From Polyangiaceae bacterium (GTDB lineage Bacteria; Myxococcota_A; Polyangia; Polyangiales; Polyangiaceae), in assembly GCA_044376115.1 (NCBI GenBank), contig JBILLK010000003.1, positions 352,001-416,000 of the forward strand: 64,000 nucleotides of DNA. The letters run 5' to 3'. Position 1 is the first letter of the stretch; each line of letters begins with the position of its first letter. Positions 57,302 to 64,000 of the stretch are shown here, piece by piece. The position numbers and the translations under genes are program-made. The notes beneath the pieces were generated by a model, which saw only the letters and a program-made list of their open reading frames with translations, was not told the origin of the DNA and ran no database searches.

Positions 57302-57455
57302 GGGTGTCACGTAATGGGTCGCAATCACTGCGTCTCAGCAGTGAGAGCTCGTGTTGACGAAGGGACGCGGAGCCTAGTCGAACCCTGGGAGCATGGCTAC
57401 GCGTTGATCGGGTTTTTGATTCGGTGCGTGTCAGAGTTGCTTACCCATCGCTTGT

Positions 57456-58574
57456 TCAGCGAGCGATGGGTAGATGGCGGTTCTTACCTCCCGAGCGATC
57501 AATGGGAACCGTCTGCGCTTGCCCTGCGAGGTTGTGCGCCGTCACGCGGCCGGCGAGCCGCAGCGCCACGTCCCGAAGTACCTTGGCGGCGGGCGACTCG
57601 GGGGCTGCTTGCACGATGGGTGTTCCAGCGTCACCCCATTCGCGGACGGCCAGCTCGATCGGAATCTGACCGAGCAGAGGCGCTTCGGCGAAGTCTGCCA
57701 CCGCTTGTCCGCCTCCCGAACCGAAGAGCTCGTGGCGTTTGTCGCAGCCGTCGCACAAGAAGTAGCTCTCGTTCTCGACCACGCCGAGGATGTCGATGCC
57801 TACCTTCTTGGCCATCGAGACCGACTTGAACACGTCTTGGAGTGCGACCTCTTGTGGCGTGGTGACCACGATCGCGCCCGTCGTACGGAGCTTCTGCGAA
57901 ATGGTCAGGGTGATGTCGCCCGTTCCTGGAGGTAGATCGAGCACGAGGTAGTCGAGCGGCCCCCACTCCACGTCTTTCAAAAATTGAAGCAGCGCGCTTT
58001 GCAACATCGGCCCGCGCCAGACCACTGCCTGCCGTGCGTCCTCGAGCAGGAAGCCGAGGCTCATCAACTTGAGGCCGAACCGTTCGAGCGGAAGAAATTT
58101 CTTTCCGTCGGCGGAGACAGGTCGGCCGTTGACTCCGAGCATCGTTGGAATGCTAGGGCCGTACATATCCGCGTCGAGCAAGCCGACCTTTGCACCTGTG
58201 CGCTTGAGCGCAAGCGCGAGGTTGGTCGCGACGGTGCTCTTACCGACGCCACCCTTGCCGCTCATCACCAACAGAATGTTGGCGACGTTTGGACACGGAT
58301 CATCCGGCCCAATCGTGCGCTTGGTCATCTCGTACTCATCCATGGCGACGTTAACCGTGGTCGCCCCGAGCTTGGCCAACGCTGCTCGTACTTGTTCTCG
58401 TAAGGCGTCGCGATGAAGGTACGCCGGCGTCATCAAGCGCAGCGCAACCTCGACCTCGGTGTCCGACTTCACCTCGATGCTGCGGATCATGTCCAGCTCC
58501 ACGAGGCTCTTGTTCGTCTCCGGCTCGATCACCGAAAGCAGAGCTTGATGGGCCGTATCTTCCGAGAGCTTCAT
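57456..58574 (-). CDS. mrp: Mrp/NBP35 Fe-S cluster carrier ATPase
   Basis: SGKGGVGKST, DADMYGPS, WRGPM, DLPPGTGD, VENESYFLCDGC. Confidence 0.95.
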   Translation of the reverse strand: MKLSEDTAHQALLSVIEPETNKSLVELDMIRSIEVKSDTEVEVALRLMTPAYLHRDALREQVRAALAKLGATTVNVAMDEYEMTKRTIGPDDPCPNVANILLVMSGKGGVGKSTVATNLALALKRTGAKVGLLDADMYGPSIPTMLGVNGRPVSADGKKFLPLERFGLKLMSLGFLLEDARQAVVWRGPMLQSALLQFLKDVEWGPLDYLVLDLPPGTGDITLTISQKLRTTGAIVVTTPQEVALQDVFKSVSMAKKVGIDILGVVENESYFLCDGCDKRHELFGSGGGQAVADFAEAPLLGQIPIELAVREWGDAGTPIVQAAPESPAAKVLRDVALRLAGRVTAHNLAGQAQTVPIDRSGGKNRHLPIAR

Positions 58575-58635
58575 GGCTCGGCCTTAGCGCTGACGCGTTC
58601 GACGCGCAATCGTTCGGTCACACCGCTTCGATGGA

Positions 58636-58672
58636 ACGAAGAAGGCCCACCTCGAGGGCGGGCCTTCTTCGT
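58636..58672 (-). terminator. Intrinsic terminator after the Cys-rich lipoprotein operon
   Basis: ACGAAGAAGGCCC / GGGCCTTCTTCGT 13-bp stem. Confidence 0.7.
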
Positions 58673-58691
58673 GACCAATCGGCCTTCGCGA

Positions 58692-59825
58692 CTACTGAAG
58701 CTCGCTCATCACCGAGCCGGAGGCCGAAACCGAAACCGTCAGGTTCGACGCGGCATCTCCGATCGCTAGCGCGGCCGGAACGATGCAGAGTGCTGCTTCC
58801 GCCGAGAGGTCGCCCTCGATGTTTGCAGCAGCGCTGACCACGCCGTCAGCCGCTTCGAGCAACAGCTGCGCGCGCTTCTCGGCGATCAGGACGATCTCCG
58901 GGAGGTACTTCTTGAGCACCGCGATCTGCAGGCCAAACTCTGCGGCGCCAACCACCGAGACGGCGGGCGGCGTACACTCGGCTTTGGCGCTCGCGCTGGC
59001 ATCACACGAGGCCTGGCAATCGGCGTTCACGTCGCAAGTAGGGGGCTCGAGCTTGCCGGTGCACTTGGGCGCAGTCGCCGTCCCTTCGCAACCGCCTTTG
59101 CACTCGCCATCACACTGGAAGTCCGGCGCATCCACCGAGCAAGAGCCGCGGCACTTGCCTTCACAAGTTCCGTCGCACTGGCTGCCGTTCTGCGTACCGG
59201 AGCAGGTGCCCTCACACTCGCCCGAGCAGGTGCCCGAGCAGTTGACTGCGACCGTCGCTGAGCCTTCACAGCTGCCAGAGCAGCTGCCTTCACACTTGAC
59301 GCTCAACTCGCCTGGATCGCAGCGGACCTCGACGCTGCCCGGGTCACAAGACGCGTCCACCTGGCAGCTGCCTTCACAGCTTGCCTGAACCTCAGCACTG
59401 AAGCTGCACTGCGCCGGCTGGAAGCTGACCGTGATGTTTCCAGCAGCCGATACCTCCGCGACCTTGGCTGCGGCCTTGGAGCACCACTGCGTGGTCAGCT
59501 CTTGCGGGTCCGTCGTGGTAACGCTCTTCGGATCTTCCCCGAGCTCCACCGCCATGTTGCGGCACAGCGTACCGAGGTCGGTCAGCATGGCCGTTGCAGC
59601 TCCGCTGAGGTCACCAACCGCCTGCATGGTGACGCCGAACTGGGCATTGACCTCGCCCTCGAGACCCCAGTCGACGTTGAGCATGTTGGTGCCGGGCTTG
59701 AAGCTCGAGCAACAAAGCGTGTCGAGCGGGTTGGACCCGTCGCAGGCGGGCATCAGCGCCATGGGTGCAGCAAGGAGGCCTGCTGCGAGACTCAATTGGG
59801 CGTAACGAAGCGAACTGGATTTCAT
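58692..59825 (-). CDS. Cys-rich lipoprotein with CxGxC repeats
   Basis: Lipobox MPAC; about 30 Cys; CEGSCSGSCEG, CSGTCSGECEGTC, CDGTCEGKCRGSC. Confidence 0.85.
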   Translation of the reverse strand: MKSSSLRYAQLSLAAGLLAAPMALMPACDGSNPLDTLCCSSFKPGTNMLNVDWGLEGEVNAQFGVTMQAVGDLSGAATAMLTDLGTLCRNMAVELGEDPKSVTTTDPQELTTQWCSKAAAKVAEVSAAGNITVSFQPAQCSFSAEVQASCEGSCQVDASCDPGSVEVRCDPGELSVKCEGSCSGSCEGSATVAVNCSGTCSGECEGTCSGTQNGSQCDGTCEGKCRGSCSVDAPDFQCDGECKGGCEGTATAPKCTGKLEPPTCDVNADCQASCDASASAKAECTPPAVSVVGAAEFGLQIAVLKKYLPEIVLIAEKRAQLLLEAADGVVSAAANIEGDLSAEAALCIVPAALAIGDAASNLTVSVSASGSVMSELQ

Positions 59826-59851
59826 CAAAGCTCCTGAAATTGGTAAGGCGG

Positions 59852-61057
59852 TTAGTTGTTCTTCGCGCATTGGAAACCACCCGGATTCGATAGGAACGGG
59901 TAGTAGCAACGTTGGTAAACGCTGGCACTCGGGTCGACGCCTTCCGGCTCGTCGAGGCACTCGCCCTTTAGACCTGAGGGCGCTTCAGGACAGTCTGCAT
60001 CGGTGGTGCAGGTGTCGGGGAAACTCGCGTCGAAGCACGCTTTTTGTCCTGCCGACGTCTCTTGACAGGAGAGCGAGTTGGTCGCCGAGCCGCCACACTG
60101 AAGGTCGTTCAAGCAGTTGTAGCAAAAGTTGTCGGTGGCTGGCGGCTGGCAGGTCCCAGACTTGGGAATGCAGTACTCGGCGTAGCAAGTGTAATCGTGG
60201 GGGCAGTCAGAGGGCTGCGCGCAGCGCGCCGCGCAGGCAGTGATCTGGTCGATCTGCACGCAGTCCATATCGCCACGCAGTGAGCAGTCGGCGTTGTTGG
60301 AGCAAGGCGCGCACGGCTCTCGCTTGAGGCACGCATTGCGCAGGAGCGAGATGGGGCCTTCTTGGAAGGTCGCGCCGTCCTTGTTGAAGTCCGCGGGAGC
60401 GACGCAGGGTTGCTCGTCACCCTTACCGTCCACCCCGCAAATGGCGTTGGGGGGCGCAATCACACCGCAATAGAACCCAGGTCCGCAATCATCGTCGCTC
60501 GTGCAATCAAATGAAGAGCAATACGCCTCAGCGTCCCCTTGGCCCTTGCTGACGCAAGTGAGCGCACGGCACTCGGCCGCAGAGCACGCGTCGGAGCCCA
60601 CGCCCTCCTCGCAGGTCGTTCCATCCGGGCAGACCCAGTCCCCAGGGGTATCGGGATTGTCACACTCATTGCCGAACGGGCACAGCCAGCCGAAGAACTT
60701 GTTCTTCGGCGATTCGGCGCAAACGAAGACGGTGGAACCGTCATTCAAGCCGTCTGCAGTGTCTTGCTTCTCGGGCGCGCACGCCTGAAGCACGTCGTTG
60801 CCGGCCAAGGGGGAGAAGCACTCGGTGTGGGAAGTGCACTGCAGCTTGCAGCGGTTACCAACGCACGTGTTCCCTTCCAAGCACAGGTCGGGGGAGCATT
60901 TCCCTTCACACTGGCCATCGACGACTACGCCGCCTTCGCAGCTCACGCCGCCCGTACCGCCGCCCCCGCTCCCGCTGTCCCCACAGCCAGTGATTGCCCC
61001 TGGGGCAAGACAAAAAGCCAAACAGGCGAAGAAGTTTCGTCCAAACGCGAGCGTCAT
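59852..61057 (-). CDS. Highly Cys-rich lipoprotein
   Basis: Lipobox ITGC, Gly linker, about 45 Cys in CxxDxDC-type modules. Confidence 0.85.
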   Translation of the reverse strand: MTLAFGRNFFACLAFCLAPGAITGCGDSGSGGGGTGGVSCEGGVVVDGQCEGKCSPDLCLEGNTCVGNRCKLQCTSHTECFSPLAGNDVLQACAPEKQDTADGLNDGSTVFVCAESPKNKFFGWLCPFGNECDNPDTPGDWVCPDGTTCEEGVGSDACSAAECRALTCVSKGQGDAEAYCSSFDCTSDDDCGPGFYCGVIAPPNAICGVDGKGDEQPCVAPADFNKDGATFQEGPISLLRNACLKREPCAPCSNNADCSLRGDMDCVQIDQITACAARCAQPSDCPHDYTCYAEYCIPKSGTCQPPATDNFCYNCLNDLQCGGSATNSLSCQETSAGQKACFDASFPDTCTTDADCPEAPSGLKGECLDEPEGVDPSASVYQRCYYPFLSNPGGFQCAKNN

Positions 61058-61183
61058 GTTCTCTCCCAAGGATCGGCTGTTCCGATAAGAGTCCGTTATC
61101 ATGAAACGGTGGCGGCCCATACGCCAGCGGTCCCGAGTCCTCAGTTGGAACTGAAAGTTGCTCGAAGATGAAACCTACCGGGC

Positions 61184-61212
61184 TTGACGACGTAGCCCTA
61201 TCCGCGGATACT
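61184..61212 (+). promoter_or_regulatory. Candidate sigma70-type promoter for the redoxin operon
   Basis: TTGACG-17 bp-GATACT, about 30 nt upstream of ATG 61242. Confidence 0.4.
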
Positions 61213-61241
61213 CCTAAGCCTCCCCCTACGTCAGGTGACCC

Positions 61242-61946
61242 ATGCGCAAGCTCGCTGTTTACTCCTTGCTCGGATGCCTATCCCTTCTCGCTTCCGCTTG
61301 TAACTCGGATACCGACGTCGAATCGGGCGAGACCCAGACTGAAGCTCCCCCCTTCCCCGAAGGCCAAGGTCAAGCGCCGAACGCGAGCGCTGTTTACCCG
61401 GCGGGCCCTTACGGGATCAACCCGGGGTCGGTCGTGTCGAACTTCAAGTTCGTTGGTTTCCCCACGCCCGATCAAGCGACGGACTCGGCATTCAACGTCT
61501 CCCTCTCGGATTTCTACAACCCGACCGGGAAAGACGTCTTCCCGGAAGGGTCGGCCTACGGAGCAGGTGAGGCGAAGCCCAAGGCGCTCTGGATCATCGT
61601 GTCGGCTGTGTGGTGCGGGCCGTGCAACCAAGAAGCCGCTGAGACTCTTCCTGGCAAGTACACCGAGTACCAACCCAAGGGTGTTGAGTTTCTGTTGAAT
61701 CTGGCTGACGGCCCGACCCCGGGGATTCCGGCTGAGTTCAAGCACCTGAAGAACTGGGTCAAAAAGTATGAGACGCGGTTCCCCGCCGTGGTGGACCCGA
61801 GCTACAAGCTCAGTGCGCTCTTTCAGCAGAACGCCTTCCCGGCCAACATGATCGTTGACACGCGAACGATGGAGATCGTCGAGTCGATCGCAGGCGCACC
61901 CAACGGTGCCTTCTACGCCAAGCTGGACTCACTCATCGCAGAGTAG
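61242..61946 (+). CDS. Thioredoxin-fold (TlpA-like) lipoprotein
   Basis: Lipobox ASAC; YPAGPYG motif; AVWCGPC active site; AFP cis-Pro loop. Confidence 0.88.
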   Translation: MRKLAVYSLLGCLSLLASACNSDTDVESGETQTEAPPFPEGQGQAPNASAVYPAGPYGINPGSVVSNFKFVGFPTPDQATDSAFNVSLSDFYNPTGKDVFPEGSAYGAGEAKPKALWIIVSAVWCGPCNQEAAETLPGKYTEYQPKGVEFLLNLADGPTPGIPAEFKHLKNWVKKYETRFPAVVDPSYKLSALFQQNAFPANMIVDTRTMEIVESIAGAPNGAFYAKLDSLIAE

Positions 61947-62072
61947 CTGTCTCCTTCCCCTTGGTTCTAACTGCGCTCGGGCTATAACGGTCCGAGCGCA
62001 TTTTTGTGGGCTCGACTTGGTTCCCGTGTGAAAGTCGAGCGTGTTCAGGCCCCTCGCTACCCGGAGCTCCAC

Positions 62073-62630
62073 GTGAAAATCCTGCCTCTCGCCTTGTTGC
62101 TCTCCGCCGTTGTTTCAGCTGGCTGCAGCAGCACCACCACGAACGGCAAGGTCGAGGTAGCTGACGCCGCCTCTGCCCCGAATACAACCGACCCGGCTGC
62201 GGCCAAGGGCAACGCCCCCGACTTCACGCTGCCCACGCTCGACGGGAAAAACGTTTCGCTGTCTGAGCACCAAGGCAAAGTGGTGCTGGTGGACTTCTGG
62301 TCGACCACTTGCAACCCCTGCCTCGAGGAGATGCCGCACCTCGTCGAGATCTACGAGAAGTACAAGGCGAAGGGTTTTGTCATCCTTGCCGTTTCAGGGG
62401 ACGGCCCTGAAACTCGGAGCAACGTCTCCACGGTGGTTCATCAGAAGAAGATGAACTTCCCCGTCTTGATGGATGAAGAGACCACGGTGATTGCCCGATA
62501 CAACCCCAAGAAGGACATGCCGTTTTGGGTGCTGATCGACCGGGCGGGAAACATCGTTAAAAAGAAGAACGGCTACGACCCGGGCGATGAAGAGAAGCTA
62601 GCCGCCGATATTGAGAGTTTGCTCAAGTGA
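62073..62630 (+). CDS. TlpA-family disulfide reductase lipoprotein
   Basis: Lipobox SAGC; APDFTL, GKVVLVDFWSTTCNPC, MPFWVLIDRAG. Confidence 0.92.
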   Translation: MKILPLALLLSAVVSAGCSSTTTNGKVEVADAASAPNTTDPAAAKGNAPDFTLPTLDGKNVSLSEHQGKVVLVDFWSTTCNPCLEEMPHLVEIYEKYKAKGFVILAVSGDGPETRSNVSTVVHQKKMNFPVLMDEETTVIARYNPKKDMPFWVLIDRAGNIVKKKNGYDPGDEEKLAADIESLLK

Positions 62631-62661
62631 GCCGAGCCGGCTGCTCGTGAAGAGGGCCCGA

Positions 62662-64000
62662 GTGGTGAAGTTGCGTCTTTGGGCAGGGTTAGCGAGCACG
62701 TTGGGGCTCGTATGCAGTCGTGAAGCCCTGGCCGTGGAGGTTGAGGACGTTGCTGGGGAAACGCTCACCGTTGACGTTACCAATACCGCGATTGCGAATT
62801 ACCTCTTCGACAATCGCAACGACAGCTCAACTACGGTCCCGCCGCCTTCGACGGTCGTCGACGATACCTTCGGCGAGTTCATCGACCACCTCAACCTCTC
62901 GGTCTACTACTGGCGTTTCCGGCTCGGAATGCGCGTTGACCTTAATACTTATTACGCGCAGCTAGACGATTACGATCTCCGAGACATCGCTAGGGAGCGG
63001 TTGCCCCCTGACCCTGGTAATCCCTTTGGGCCATCGGGCGTAGACCGCTACGACTACGAGAACGCGTTCCGCCGCGAGCTTCACACCCGTTACAAGAATA
63101 CTATCTACCCGTCGAAGCTCTTTGCCGGTTACACGGCGCCTGGGGTGGACATCACGATTGGCGATTTCTACGCCCAGCTCGGTCGAGGCATCGTGCTCAG
63201 CGTTCGCAAGATCGATGAGGTCGGGCAAGACACGACCATCCGCGGCTTCAAGACCTCCTTCAAAAAGAGCTTCGAAGACGGCTCGCTCTCGGTGACTGCG
63301 CTTGCCGGTCAAGCCAACCCATTGCGCGTGGATGACCAAACAGGCCGTCGGCTCCATGGCGCTGGCTCTCTCCTGTTCTTCGGCTTCCCCGAGGCGAAGG
63401 ACTTTACCTATTACACCTTCGATCAGAGCGGCGCTGCCGGCTACGTCACGGACAAGGCTCGGCCCAGCTACCTAGAGGACGCGATCTACGGGCTCAGCGT
63501 GGAGGCCGGACCAAAGCAGGTGCTGATCGGCGCGCACTCTTCGTTGATCGTGCGCAAGTCCAACAGCGAATCCTTCATCGATTGCCAAGCCGCCAACGGG
63601 CAGGACTGCGCAAGCGCCTTTCCCACCTTCACGACGCTCAGTGACTCCGCGCTGCGAGACGCGATCATTTCCGCGAGCGGAAGCGTCAATGTGCCCAGCA
63701 TCGATGGGCATGGTGACGCCTATCTCGAGGTTGCCGTTCAGCACGCGACCAATGGTCGTGCTACCGCAAAAGACGGTGACGGGTATGTCCGAGTCAAGGA
63801 CCACACAGGCTACGGAATCTTTCTCAATGCAACCTTGCGAGAGGGGCCCGTCGCGCTGACGTTCGAGGGCAAGCACTACCACTCATTGTTGCCGCTCTCA
63901 GGGAACATCAGCGCAGACTTAGGCGGTAACGGTGTATCGGCCGCTCCTGAATTTGGGACGATCGCCTACAACCAGCCGCCTAACGCTGACAGCTTCTACC
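62662..64000 (+). CDS. DUF6029-like outer-membrane protein, runs off the window
   Basis: Translated by hand, no stop codon to 64000: signal peptide, then GDFYAQLGRGIVLSVRKIDEVGQDTTIRG, EGKHY and YNQPP; alternating beta-strand pattern. Not in the ORF track. Confidence 0.75.
   Translation, partial: MVKLRLWAGLASTLGLVCSREALAVEVEDVAGETLTVDVTNTAIANYLFDNRNDSSTTVPPPSTVVDDTFGEFIDHLNLSVYYWRFRLGMRVDLNTYYAQLDDYDLRDIARERLPPDPGNPFGPSGVDRYDYENAFRRELHTRYKNTIYPSKLFAGYTAPGVDITIGDFYAQLGRGIVLSVRKIDEVGQDTTIRGFKTSFKKSFEDGSLSVTALAGQANPLRVDDQTGRRLHGAGSLLFFGFPEAKDFTYYTFDQSGAAGYVTDKARPSYLEDAIYGLSVEAGPKQVLIGAHSSLIVRKSNSESFIDCQAANGQDCASAFPTFTTLSDSALRDAIISASGSVNVPSIDGHGDAYLEVAVQHATNGRATAKDGDGYVRVKDHTGYGIFLNATLREGPVALTFEGKHYHSLLPLSGNISADLGGNGVSAAPEFGTIAYNQPPNADSFY

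Noticed and set aside
61242..62630. Selenocysteine or stop-codon recoding in the redoxins
   Set aside because: Both active sites are ordinary CxxC with no in-frame TGA.
1..64000. tRNA, rRNA, prophage, integrase or complete secretion-system cluster
   Set aside because: None recognised. Intergenic gaps are short and mostly explained by promoters or terminators. A small structured RNA could still be missed without a covariance-model search.

Overview
GC-rich bacterial chromosomal segment, very likely from a myxobacterium (Myxococcota, probably Polyangiaceae/Sorangiineae). The basis is mglB-mglA, an AgmX/PglI-type C-terminal-domain lipoprotein, a CglB-like VWA lipoprotein, an RpoH-like sigma factor, a DUF1592/DUF1552 pair and several Cys-rich lipoproteins. 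About 60 densely packed CDS mix housekeeping genes (alr, rimI-like, rpoZ, pyrH, rsmI, mutL, miaA, slyD, mrp, ktrAB, MacAB-type ABC exporter) with myxobacterial accessory genes. I found no rRNA, tRNA or CRISPR array. Two real genes are missing from the ORF track because they cross the window edges: a RAYT/IS200-like HUH tyrosine transposase (minus strand, 340 to <1), preceded by a REP-like inverted repeat and a G-rich triple repeat, and a DUF6029-like outer-membrane protein (62662 to >64000). The best candidates for undescribed biology are: (i) the RAYT with its hairpin and repeat leader; (ii) a divergent locus pairing two very Cys-rich lipoproteins with two thioredoxin-fold lipoproteins and a DUF6029-like barrel; (iii) a stand-alone, apparently C-terminally shortened TssM with no other T6SS genes, plus an orphan Imm49-like fusion gene; (iv) a TetR operator copy inside the target gene's coding sequence. 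All family assignments come from motif recognition by eye, not database searches.
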